The position numbers were made by a program, and so were the translations under genes. This document shows, piece after piece, positions 28,690-41,637 of a stretch of DNA of 64,000 nucleotides (positions within the stretch are counted from its first letter, which is position 1; the number at the start of each line of letters is the position of its first letter). The notes under the pieces are model-generated. The model did no database searches. It was not told the origin of the DNA and worked only from the letters and a program-made list of their open reading frames with translations. This DNA comes from Octopus bimaculoides (Eukaryota): the NCBI RefSeq assembly GCF_001194135.2, contig NC_068992.1, positions 44,865,596 through 44,929,595 on the forward strand. Reading direction: 5' to 3'.

Positions 28690-28880
28690 TATATTGATAG
28701 GAAGGACAACAAAAGGAAGAAAGAGACCTCGGTATTATGTAAATAGAGGAATTTATCTGTAAAAATGTGTGACACTTATTCGGTAGCCATGATAAAACTC
28801 CGGGTTTCGGATGCCGGGGTGGGAGCCCACGCCAGCATCTTTTCAGTTATCCGGCCGTTGAAAATTCTTGTGAAAAAATG
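28690..28880 (-). mobile_element. PLE pseudo-LTR remnant containing a decayed hammerhead
   Basis: Hammerhead-like fold at 28786-28855 inside a GC-richer island next to a gap. Confidence 0.55.
28786..28855 (-). ncRNA. Degenerate type-I hammerhead ribozyme
   Basis: Minus strand: gccggataa CTGAAAA gatgct..ggcatc c GAAA cccggag TT ttatcatggc. Stem I (gataa/ttatc, extendable), stem II (gatgc/gcatc) and GAAA...GUU are present; the CUGANGA core is mutated. Confidence 0.55.
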
Positions 28881-29769
28881 ACCGTTAAACAAAGGGCAAT
28901 TACTGTTTGGTTGACCGTCATTAAGACAAAAGAGCTATAGATCGCTAAGTACGGGGATTTCGTCACGGTATAATTATGTGTTGGATGTTCTCACAACTTA
29001 TTGTCCTTCCCGGGTTTCTAAATAAATTCAGGTACTAAGTTCAACATAATCGCCTGTTTTCTACCACAAATATGCGACCCTGTGCTTAACTTGCTATTCG
29101 TTTTTATACATACACTAATTTCACAGTTTAAATTTGAATAACTTATATGGATATATTTTCGTTCTCCCACTTCTTTCTATTCTGAAGAATAATTAATAAA
29201 AATAATAGCCATACGCTAGGCGTTTGTCCATAAATTATTATTGTACGAGTGTCGAGATTTACACATTCTATGATTTAATAGTTTCTGTCACGTGAAGAAA
29301 CATATGCTCTAAACGATTTGCTGTACTAGAATATTTCACAAAGTATTGTAAACAATTATTTAAATTACACATAGGAATATACATAGATTATTTATGAAGA
29401 CATATTAGTAGCCATTGTTAGACTGAAGTATTCCGTGATGTTCGGTGTAATGATAGTAACTATTTTGTAGCTACCTGTAAATTACGCTGTAGGAAATGAA
29501 TCTAAGATAAACCGTGCACTGCTTGATAAAAACATTTAAGCGCTTCATCAGCTAAAATGGAAAAACAGCTATAGGAAATCATAATTTAGTGATTAACTAT
29601 CAAGTGTTATTGAAAATTATTTCAAATCTGCATTCAGTGATCTCTTAGAACACCCCCTATAGCCCTCACTTTTAATGTTTACTACTAGATTTGGTATTAA
29701 ACCTGAATTATACAAAGAAGCATACAAATATACATAGAAGCACACACACGCACACACACGCACGCACAC

Positions 29770-29850
<81 letters not shown>

Positions 29851-29851
<1 letters not shown>

Positions 29852-30260
29852 GATGGTTGGTATCTCGATTTCGAGTAGAGCCATTGCTTGACTTCTTTAT
29901 GCCCTACAATATCATCGACGAGCTGCACGAATATGGGTTTTTGAGGCCTGCCAAGGACTTGCATGCTTTTTGACAATTAGTGCAAGAAAACTTGGTGATT
30001 ATATAGTTTACAGCTTTACTATGCCTCTTCATGCCATTTTTCGATCTACGTACTTTATGACAGAGTATGCATTCGAAATCTTCTGTCCATCTATAAGCAA
30101 TGTACGGTTGTGCAATGTGTGATTTCATATGGCTCTTTAGCCCAGCCTTAATTTTTCCCCATTCATCACACATAAGATCAGCACGTTCAATATTGCTTGT
30201 TAGAACATCATTTCTTTCACTTTTTCTCATCTTTCTTTGGATCTTTGCATGCTCCATACG
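29851..30260 (-). mobile_element. RTE-clade LINE 3' end with three decayed C2H2-like fingers
   Basis: CDEWGKIKAGLKSHMKSH, CILCHKVRRSKNGMKRH and CTNCQKACKSLAGLK follow an R/K-rich helix. A ctcgaaatcgag stem-loop and ccatca(ta)n tail follow, typical of RTE ends. Confidence 0.7.
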
Positions 30261-31250
30261 TTTCTTTTATATGCAAAATTTGTATACAAATATAAAATAA
30301 CAATAAAAATTTAAAAAATAAAAATATAAAAATATAAGGCATATAAAACATACAAAAGTATATAAAAAAAACCCATATAGAGTCATAAAAACTCATATAT
30401 ATATGCATATGCATGTATACATTACCATATACAGATATACATGGATACAAAGACACAAACAGATGAGTACATATATGTGTGCTCAAATGCACATACATGT
30501 ATGTATGAATGTATGTCTATATTTATATAAATTTAATGTATATTTGTGTTTCTCTGCTCGTATCTGTTATTGGCGTGTGTAACGTTCACTGAAATATTCC
30601 CACTGCTTGAACCAAGAAACATACCGTCATCGCAAATACGTATTAGCATAATGTACACACATGCACGCTTTAAATCAATACAAACGCATTCAGTCATACA
30701 TAAATCAGTTAAAGAATCAATACTTACTCATTGAAGAATATTATTGTCCGTTATAATATAAATATTTTTTATAAATATATTTTATGTAAAAAAGAAAAAA
30801 TTGAACTGTGACGTGCCATAACGTTATAAGACTAAAACTAAATAAAATGGTACATTTGCATTCTCTTTTTTTATTGTTCACGTAATATGTCGATTAATCT
30901 CTAAATCTTTTGACATAAGCCGTCTGACTTTTTGTTCGTATTTTCTGTTTTAATATCTGAAAATTCTCTCGCGTCCCCCCTCTCTTCTCACCTTCTTTCC
31001 CCGCAATCAGCGAACATACTTGTATATACATGTTATATTAGTTACATCAGACCAACATATGTCTATAGTATGCTACACATCAGAGATTACATAGCAGAAC
31101 GTTACACACAGCAGAGAATGAGAGAATCCTTACAAGTTTCACTGTCTGATTCCTTTCCTAGACGGTGTATCAGTTATATTAACCAAGTAGTTATCGTTTT
31201 GTTTAAAGATAGCACATACGCCTACCTACACACACACACACACACACACG

Positions 31251-31282
<32 letters not shown>

Positions 31283-31401
31283 TATACACAGACACGCACA
31301 CACAGGAACACAAACACACGCAGACATATGTAGGAATGTATACATATACGTGAGTGTGTGTATATATATGTATGTATATTTATATGCATGCATACACACA
31401 C

Positions 31402-31468
<67 letters not shown>

Positions 31469-32559
31469 NNNNNNNNNNNNNNNNNNNNNNNNNNNNNNNN
31501 NNNNNNNNNNNNNNNNNNNNNNNNNNNNNNNNNNNNNNNNNNNNNNNNNNNNNNNNNNNNNNNNNNNNNNNNNNNNNNNNNNNNNNNNNNNNNNNNNNNN
31601 NNNNNNNNNNNNNNNNNNNNNNNNNNNNNNNNNNNNNNNNNNNNNNNNNNNNNNNNNNNNNNNNNNNNNNNNNNNNNNNNNNNNNNNNNNNNNNNNNNNN
31701 NNNNNNNNNNNNNNNNNNNNNNNNNNNNNNNNNNNNNNNNNNNNNNNNNNNNNNNNNNNNNNNNNNNNNNNNNNNNNNNNNNNNNNNNNNNNNNNNNNNN
31801 NNNNNNNNNNNNNNNNNNNNNNNNNNNNNNNNNNNNNNNNNNNNNNNNNNNNNNNNNNNNNNNNNNNNNNNNNNNNNNNNNNNNNNNNNNNNNNNNNNNN
31901 NNNNNNNNNNNNNNNNNNNNNNNNNNNNNNNNNNNNNNNNNNNNNNNNNNNNNNNNNNNNNNNNNATATATGTATGTATGTATGTATGTATATAAGAATA
32001 TACACATATGCATAAATGTATATGTACGCATGTATATACACTATCTATTTAGGTATATATATATATGTATATAGATAAATAGGTAGATAGATAGATAGAC
32101 AGGCAGACAAACAGATAGACAGATAGACAGACTGATAGAGATATTCTCTGTAAAATTATATCATTTCCATAAATTTATAACTAAATTTAAGAAATTATAT
32201 ACGATGCTTTTTCTTAAAAAGAAATAAATAAATCAAATATATTGTAAATTCAATCAGCTTAAATCTCTTATCTTTTTACACAAAATGTTATCGCTAAAGA
32301 ATTTGAATGATTTTCAATACTGAGTTGAGACGATGGATTACGTAAGGTAAGATGTTTCTACTAATTTGGTAACTACGTTAACAAACCCGTAAGTCTATTT
32401 AACGAGATAAGTTCGTTTGTAAGTTGGCTGCATAGAACTGGTAAGTACTGTTTCAAATGTTATCATGTCAGCACACAGATGTGCATGCGGGCGTCTGTCT
32501 GTGTGTTTTTTGTTTCTCTCTTTCCTTTTCTTTCTCTCCCCCTCCACCCTCTCTCTCAG

Positions 32560-32591
32560 ATGATCAGGTTAAAAAGATGGTCGACATGTGT
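32560..32591 (+). CDS. Candidate 32-nt exon (phase 1 to 0)
   Basis: About 50-nt polypyrimidine tract ending ctctcAG, GTAAGT donor; reads (x)DQVKKMVDMC. Confidence 0.6.
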
Positions 32592-33620
32592 GTAAGTGCC
32601 AAAACCACACTCAGGCAACATATTTAAGTTTAATAACAAGGTATACGCTCAACTGGAACGTGCAGCCAACAGTGCAATTCCCGTTGCCTCATCTGTAAAG
32701 ACTGGCTCGACTTCGACAGGTTTCGGATTTAATTCTGTGTCAGTATATGTTTCACCATAAAATTCTATGTATAGTTTAGCAAATCGCTAATGAGTATACA
32801 GAAATGTAATATAGAGAGCAATCCGCAATGTTTTACCAAAAGCGAAAACTGCAATTGTCACTTTTTTCTCATGCGATATATACTTTTTTGCCCTGTATTT
32901 GGAGTTAAAATCTCTTAGGGTTCAACTTTGACATTCCTTCCACTAAAATGACAAAAGAAGTAGTTGACAGGATTGTGTATTTACTACGGTTAAGTTCACC
33001 TTTGGCCAATTAAAGAATCAATATTAGAAACGTTGCAACTATTTTGTCGCTATGAATAACTATATCCTGTTATGAAGCGATGAATTATTCATTTAATAAA
33101 AGCACAACAAATTATTAATTTTTATAGAGATGATCTTTATCGTTGTATGAAAACATTTTCTTATTCAAATCGTATAATCTTACAAGTTTGTCTTCTCTTA
33201 GATGTTTTTCAATCATCTGAAGTGATTGAAGGCTAACAGTGAGATACTGTCTCAGTAAAGAATCTATGCCGAATTACAAAGCGTCAGATTTGCACTAAAC
33301 GAAGTCATAACAATAACTCTGAATTGCATAGACCATTGGGTCGAAGTTCATAGTTGTATTCAGTGAGATTTAAAGCAGAATACAGACAGATGAAAATAAA
33401 TATTATTAGGCATAAATCCGGTTATTTACAGTTTGTATCACTTTAGCGTCTTCGACATTAGTTGCATGCTGTCAAATTAATGTGACAGTCCCCTGAAGGG
33501 AATAATACTACTGTTGGTTAGACTTAGGAAGCTGCACCACTTCCTGTCGGCCTTGACACATTTCCTGTGTCCTTATGTTTACAATGGGGAGACAAGCACC
33601 TCCACCCAGATAAGTCTGCA

Positions 33621-33663
33621 TCCAGAGACATGTTTCTGAGTCTTTGCTCATCGTCAGTCTGGA
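33621..33663 (-). ncRNA. Minimal type-I hammerhead ribozyme, structurally complete
   Basis: Minus strand: tccaga CTGACGA tgag caaaga ctca GAAA catg TC tctgga. Stem I 6 bp, stem II 4 bp, palindromic stem III ACATGT, GUC cleavage triplet. Confidence 0.8.
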
Positions 33664-33823
33664 GTAGCATGACCTGCTAGTCGAAGATGCCTGTCAAACT
33701 CTTGTAAATATATAACAATTCTAGTGAAATACATTCACTGATTTCAAATTTAGAATGTATTTCACTAGAATTATTATGTTTACAAGAGCTTCACAGGCAT
33801 CTTCGACTAGCAGGTCATGCTAC

Positions 33824-33866
33824 TCGAGACTGATGACTAGCAAAGACTCAGAAACACGTCTCTGGA
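33824..33866 (+). ncRNA. Disrupted hammerhead, mirror copy
   Basis: tcgaga CTGATGA ctag caaaga ctca GAAA cacg TC tctgga. Core intact, but G-G mismatch in stem I, stem II broken, stem III palindrome lost. Confidence 0.7.
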
Positions 33867-36859
33867 TGCAGGCTTAGTTGGGGGGAGGTGTTTGTCTCCT
33901 CCTTGTAAACATAAGGACACAGGAAATGTGTCAAGGCCGACAGGAAGTGGTGCAGCATCCTAGGTCTAACCAACAGTAGTATTATTCCCTTCAGGGGACT
34001 GTCACATTAAGTTGACAGCATACAACTACTTCATCGTATCACTACTGCATAAGTCTCTCTGATAGATTTAGAAATGTATTATTTCTAAAAGTTTTCGACA
34101 TTGTTTTAATATTTTAAGTAGTGGCGCTGTTAATCCCCATTTTAATAAGAAGAACGATATTGACGTTCAAACAGAGATACGACATAACTTTTTATATAGG
34201 TCGTAAGAAGATTTAATTCATGTCAACATAATAAACGTAGTACTATTATTGAGTCCCAACAAACCAATTGCAATATTTTGACCATGAGCCAAGAAAGTTA
34301 ATATATTGTATACACTTAAACACACCTTCATCTGATGCTTTTAAAAGTATTTCTGCAACTCACTGAGTCAAACATTCATGTAGTATTTTCAATATAATTA
34401 TTAGAAAATATTTGTTCCGTCAATAGACTATACATAAGATATCCCTTTATTACTATACATCACATTAAAATAACAAACTTTTAACTGATATATCTATTTT
34501 CGCTTTTGTTTTAAATATGGCGCCTATCTCACATTAATTACTAGCGACGTAAACAAGAAATGAAACAATATATTTTTATACGTCGCAAATTGCTTTGATC
34601 TTTATATCCTTGTCATGTGAGCAGCAGTGCATTTAGTGCGATAAGAACAGTGACGTAACTGAATAGATAAAACAAGCGTCCAATTATATTTTGAATAATG
34701 ATTCATATGATGCATTCGATAAACCACTTTACTTACTTGATATTTATTTAATCGATTCTGGTAACAATGTGGTTAAAACAGTGCAAATATTTTACACTGT
34801 TTTTACACAGAAAATATAATGCAGGGTGTGGTTAATTTGTGGAAATATGACAAATAACAAAAAATGTATCCTGGAAATTTTTTGTCAGCCACAAACTACA
34901 AATTAAGTACACTTGCGGTGTCACTTGATTTCAGACGAGGCAGCTTCGAGCAAGGTGTTGACCACGTCCCTTACGAGTATATAAACCTTACCAATTTCTG
35001 TTCCTATGTGACAGAAGGAAACGTCTGAAAATCCGGTAAAAAATTACATATTATTAATAATAGAGAGAGATTAAGATGTGTTGGCTTGCGAATTAATTTC
35101 ACTAATTGATTAAGAGACGGAAATGTAAATACTTAGGATTTATGTATCTGTACTTTTTGTTCGTATATTAAAAAGGGTTAATTGGCACTTTAGCTCTAAT
35201 TGACAGTGGCCATCATTTTGTACAGGAATGTCGACTCCATTAATAATATTTTGTAGGCAACGAGTTGCAAGAAATGTTGGTTCCGAATTTCCTTTATTAT
35301 CCGCTATAATTGTGAATATACTTTCTGTTTTGCCAATGAAAAGACGTTATGAAATAATAGAATAATACAGGTTATTCGATTAACCGAAACATTCTTTCCC
35401 TTTTCCCCTCTAAGACACTTTTACTGAAACCAATGAAAAAATATAATTAGTCACGATGAGAATCTCCGCAATGTTAATAGAGAAGCTGGTGTGAATACGC
35501 AAGTAGCTTCGAACATTCGGCCATTCAGAAGAAACAGGAGGAAATTGTATGTAATATATATGTTTACCACATCTCCCTTATGTAGGAAACGAGATTAACT
35601 TTATACTATCAGAGATGTATATGTGGTAACGTATCAGTGTATAATTGATAAGCATCTACCAAACCGAAGCTGCTAAAATCGTAATTTACGATGGCATTGT
35701 TCATATAATGTCATCAACTTTCATGACATTTGGTATTATATAAGATATTGAAGTGATAGTATCGGCATTTTACTACGTTTGCAATTGTGTGCTGATAATT
35801 CTATAGAAGTGACTTATAAATATGGTTTCATATTAAAAATCTGAAATGCATTAAGATATTGGAGTAATCACTGATACAACGTGTATACATTGGGAATATC
35901 AAGACCAAACTGAACAATCGTTACACTGTTGTATGGAAATTTATTGACCAAATTAGTATGACTAGGTGGTCAAATGCATTGTAACACGCTCCTGTCAACG
36001 AATGGCTTATTAATTATACGCCTATGAAAACATGTTCATTTAAGTTAAGCCATGGATAAACATATTCACTTAGATTAAGGCAGAATGAATGACTTACGCA
36101 TTGACTGCATATACATAGGCAGACAAGATTATGACTACCAGCTGAATGCTTGTAAGTTTTGTCCGGTGTAAGTTTCGCTGGGTACAAAAATGAAAACTAT
36201 AGACGTGTGACATTAAAATGGTACATCTAAATTCAGTCCTAGTTAATTCGAAAAGTCCAACGGAATTATACTGCGAGACATACACGGTTGTAAAATGAAG
36301 ATAGTTTGATTTTTTTTTTATATCAGTTTTTGGCTGAATGGACATTTATATCTCGGTGATCATGGAATACTGGTAATTGCTCTTTTGGATTTTGATTTTT
36401 AATATTTCAATTTTAATATACTAAATTTTTCACTTGCAAAGCTGCGGTCATGCTGGAGAACCACTGTTGACTGTGCTACACTATTATTTGGAACCTCCTC
36501 TGATATGTGGCATTCGGTCAAAGTTTGATGCTGCTGCTCTCAGTCCTTTTGCTACCAGCATATCATTTCCTTTTTGATGTGGGTTGCTTCAAGGTGTTCC
36601 TTGTATCGACTTCTTGCACAATCTACATATCACATATAGATAGCGCCGTGGAAAAGAAGAAGTATTGATCTTCTCGCCTTCTAAATTGCAGTTCCGTCTA
36701 AATTTTAATAGCTACTGCCACGATATGAATAGTGCAATAATATGTCAGTGGGAAATGGCACGTCTTACACTCAATACATATGTACACACATATGCATGTC
36801 TTTGTACTTGAATCTCTCCCTCAAAAGAAGATTGGCGTTGCTTTGTTTACATCTCTGTA

Positions 36860-37010
36860 ACCTAGCGAGTCGGCATAAGAAACCGATAGGATAATTACTA
36901 GGTCTAAAATTTGTTTTTAAAATAACCATTGGGGTCGATTTCTTTGACTAAATCAGTAAAGGCAGTGCCCCACCATGGCCGCAGTCCAATGGCTGAAATA
37001 AGTATTAGAC
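36860..37010 (+). mobile_element. SINE family B body
   Basis: gtaacctagcgagtcggcataagaaaccgatagg ... ggcagtgccccaccatggccgcagtccaatggctgaaataag. Confidence 0.75.
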
Positions 37011-37036
37011 AACATTTTATTGTCTATGTACGTATG

Positions 37037-37105
<69 letters not shown>

Positions 37106-40100
37106 CCCCCCCTTTTTCAAGTACCACTTGAAAAGGAGGATGAGGATAGAGAGGAAAGTGTTGTCGAATGAAAGTTTCAATAAAAAATGGGTAAATGTGG
37201 CAAGAATGATAAGAATGAAAGACGACACCATTTTAAGCATAGACTTGTAACNNNNNNNNNNNNNNNNNNNNNNNNNNNNNNNNNNNNNNNNNNNNNNNNN
37301 NNNNNNNNNNNNNNNNNNNNNNNNNNNNNNNNNNNNNNNNNNNNNNNNNNNNNNNNNNNNNNNNNNNNNNNNNNNNNNNNNNNNNNNNNNNNNNNNNNNN
37401 NNNNNNNNNNNNNNNNNNNNNNNNNNNNNNNNNNNNNNNNNNNNNNNNNNNNNNNNNNNNNNNNNNNNNNNNNNNNNNNNNNNNNNNNNNNNNNNNNNNN
37501 NNNNNNNNNNNNNNNNNNNNNNNNNNNNNNNNNNNNNNNNNNNNNNNNNNNNNNNNNNNNNNNNNNNNNNNNNNNNNNNNNNNNNNNNNNNNNNNNNNNN
37601 NNNNNNNNNNNNNNNNNNNNNNNNNNNNNNNNNNNNNNNNNNNNNNNNNNNNNNNNNNNNNNNNNNNNNNNNNNNNNNNNNNNNNNNNNNNNNNNNNNNN
37701 NNNNNNNNATATATAAAACGTATATATATATATATATATGTACACATATATTATAAGGATTCAGTTAGAATCAGTTACTTGAAAAGATATGCCCATGTGG
37801 TTTCAGTCTATGGTTGGTAAGTATCAAATATGATGTATTCCGGTTGTGTACACAGAGAAAACGAACCCTTATTAACGCCTAGAGGTTGTCCAATCACGCG
37901 TTACTTTTAAAAGTACGTTGTTGGTATATCTAGGGTGTCCGAGAAATCGTAAATCCCTTTGGTGTTTTATAATCAAATAAATATAACATACGATGGACAT
38001 TGAGCTGACAATTAACCATCATATGTTATCATTCATTTGATGATGATATATATATATATATATATTTACACACACAGATGTAGAATGACAGAACGTGTTG
38101 AACTGGATAAATATTGAGTATTAATCATTACAAGTCGCACATTTGTACTTAGATTTATCAATTCGTAGGTATTTGTTCGCAATACTAGTTCTATTGTTGA
38201 CATCACAGTTCTTGGAAATGTTGAGTAAACAGATTTGAAATATCAGGTTCTTTTAATTGTCGTAATGTATTGCCATTAACTCAAATGATATTTACATGAT
38301 ATTTCTATTCGAAATTATTTTTAGCTTTGAAATTATACATTCCACTGGGAATTATTGGTAAATGAAATATAATTCAAATGCGCAGTAGACATCAGATACA
38401 AAACCTTTCATAATTTTTTAGCACAGCAAACATAGTGTGTAAATGCTTGTCTACCAATAAATATCTTCCTCATGACATTGTCATGCACAGTAGATTCACA
38501 GAAATGTTATCGGTTACGTGAGAATTATTATTGATTATATAAATATAATATTACACAGTGTGAATGTTGTGGAATTTCATATTCACGTCGTAAAAGAAAA
38601 TAAAGAGATAAGACAGTAAATGAACATTTACCGTAATGTTGTGAATTATATGTATGCTTATGCTGATGTTGAAGAAAATAATTTTTAGTATGTTTGAAAT
38701 TATCAAGTTAAATGAGACACACTTTGATATCAGCTTTAAAAAATTAGTAAACAAGTTAGTTAATTTAGAAGACTAAATATTTTTTATAGTTCTGGGAAGA
38801 GATAATACTTGGAAAATATTTTAAAGTTTAGTCGCCTAATAATAATATTGTAGAATGTTAAATACCATAGAAAATAGATGAAAGAAGTTAAACAATGTAG
38901 AGAATTTAGGGATCGTTCTTTCAATGCCTCTACCGATGTGTCAACCATCTATCTTTTATTCTCTACTCCAACCTACGACAACACCAGCGCCGCCATTTCT
39001 AAGACCACCACCTCTGTCATGAACAGCAAAAAATTGTGTTCTTATCATATAATTATCCTCACTGACACTATTAATATTAACTCTAAATATTACCATCATA
39101 ATCAGAAACATAATCGGTACAAACAGCATCAACACCACCTCACTCATCATTATCATCATCCTCATCATTGCTATCATCATCGAAATCAAATGAACCTAAT
39201 CATCAAAAGAGTGTATATTCTTTACCAATTTCCTTTGTTGCAGCAGTAGGTTAAACAGTTGGTTGTATGATGGTGGAACATAATAATGGAAAGTGTTATT
39301 TACTTTATATCTTAAGGGAATTGGCAATTATTAGCATTTAATTCAGTTACCACTTCTGCCATCACAACAACTCAACTTATAAATGGAATTATATCCATTA
39401 TTTTCTCATGTTCTAAAATGTTTTGTTTTAGCGCTAAACAGTTCAACGTCTAAAGTAGCACAATTCTTGCCATTAGATAAACGAATATTCATGCTATATT
39501 GTTTCCCAGCTTAATTCAAACCAGAGTTTCATATATTATACATTATTCCCATTACTTATTGGCTAAAAAGAAATTACAGTATTAATTATTCAAGATAAAA
39601 CAATCCCCCCTCCTTATATTAGCAAATTCTAATTTAAAAATGAATTGGCAATTACTTCGTCATGCATTAGTTGGCTTTAAAATCATTATTTGACCTTTGC
39701 AGATATCAAGTTTACATACTCGGCTTTAATCACTGTAATCTTTGAAAATGATTCACTTTGAAGAATAAACAGATACACTAACTGAATCTTTGCTAAAATT
39801 AAGAAATAATACAAAAGTAAATCATCAAATTTTCCCCATCAATTAGTTTATCTTTTATTACATATAATGTTACATACATTACAGTCCAACATCTAAACTA
39901 TATTTGTTAGATATTCATTTTAGACATCCGGAAAATGTCGATAAAATTCATATGTATAAGTATTTCGGAATTTTGTTTAATTTTAGAAAATAAATTGAAT
40001 TTTAATATGGTTGTAGATATTTGTCTTTTGTTAATTTTGCTTTCCTTTTCGAAAAATCTTAATTACATCGTAATTTTGAGAATTAAGAATGTTATTACAT

Positions 40101-41427
40101 GAAATAGTAATTACTGGAGTATTATTTCTAATCTAGACTAATAGGTGCCTCAATGAGTGTAAGTGAGAGGAAACCATTTGTCCAAGAGCTCGATTTCCTA
40201 AAGGAATAAGTGAAATTGCTGCAATAATAATATACTCTTGCCTCAGGTGAATATTGATTTAGTAAATCAATGAACAACGCTATTCAATTGTAGCCATCTT
40301 GCTTTTGTTTCAGGAAAAAAAAAATTGCTTTTCGAGGAAATATTGTTTTCTATTTCTTTTCTGAGATTTTTCTCTTCACACGTTCTAAACTTTGGGTTCG
40401 TTTTCCATCAATGCTTGAAAGCTCATTATAAATCCAAATTCACAGTTTTCTCGCTGCAAGATGGTATAGCGAGGATCTAGAAAACGTATTTGTTTGGGCA
40501 CTCATTTGCTTAGGTCATTTTGTGTAATCAACAAAGGAAATGATCATCTATTGGTTTCAGAAATGGTTATATCTTAGTGCTATCTCAATCCCTCTAATAC
40601 AACATTGTTGTCGCCTTTTTTTATATGTAGCATCTGTATTAACATAACGTTGTTTTTCTGTTGGCTATTATTTATGTAATTTCACCTAAGCGTATAGAGA
40701 ATGAGGTTATAGTTCAGTCATATAGGAGATAGTCGAATCATCTTACTTATGATGACCCTTCAATAATGTGATCTGCTTTAATCTTGATTATCACATTACA
40801 ACTAACAGCCAACAAAACCATTGTTAACTATTCCCATAAAATGTTAAGGCTATTTGATGATCACCCAGTATATGCCGAGGTTACTAATGATGAGCTGCAA
40901 AATATTAAGGGAATATCAAGAAATTATGATCGTTTCAATAATGTTCTTATTTTTCGATATAATTCGAAATGTTATAATATTAACTTATATGTGTAAGTCT
41001 AACTTATATAATTAACTTATATGTCTAATTATCTAGTAATTTCAGAGATGCAACTTACGTCTTCTGATGAGTTTTAGATTATCATGCAGGCTTATATAAC
41101 TTCAATTTGGATTATATTTCAGTTTGGTTAACAGAAATGTGAGAGAGAGATTAGGAAATATGCAGAGAAATTCCACAGCAATACCAATGGCAGTTAGGTT
41201 TAAAAGACTGAAATGCTTTTGATCTTGTAGAGAAATGGGATAAGCTTCAAAGAAATTGTAACGAACAGAATGGGATACACCGAGCCACAATCTGAAAAAA
41301 TTAGTTAAATGTGTTTTGGACAAGTTAATTACGATATTTCAAATATAAAAAATATAATTTACTGACAGCAGTTAATCATAATGGATTCATAAATGCAGTT
41401 CAGTGGGGTTATTCTGTGATATCAGGG

Positions 41428-41637
41428 TCAAAATTTTGGCGGAAGGCCAGTAATTCCGGGGTAGGGGTAATTCGATTACATTGACTCCAGTTCTCAACTG
41501 GTACTTATTTTATCAACTCCGAAAGTATGAAAAGCAAAGTCGACCTCGGGAGAAGTGGAACTTAGAACGTAAAGACGAGCGAATTAGCACTTAGTTTTTT
41601 ACCCGGCATTGCTGACGATCTGCCAGCTTGCGGCCTA
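41428..41637 (-). mobile_element. SINE family A, near full length
   Basis: caaaattttggcggaaggccag ... aagcaaagtcgacctcggg ... tgacgatctgccagcttgcggcc. Confidence 0.85.

Larger units (their letters stand above)
33461..34026. mobile_element. Foldback element of two head-to-head hammerhead-bearing arms (PLE pseudo-LTR-like, non-autonomous)
   Basis: Arms 33461-33736 and 33753-34026 are reverse complements with about 20 differences by hand count; 16-nt spacer; TA on both flanks. Confidence 0.9.

Noticed and set aside
37775-37816. Phase 0-0 frame LLEKICPCGFSLWL before GTAAGT
   Set aside because: The acceptor lacks a pyrimidine tract, and the exon is not needed for frame continuity.
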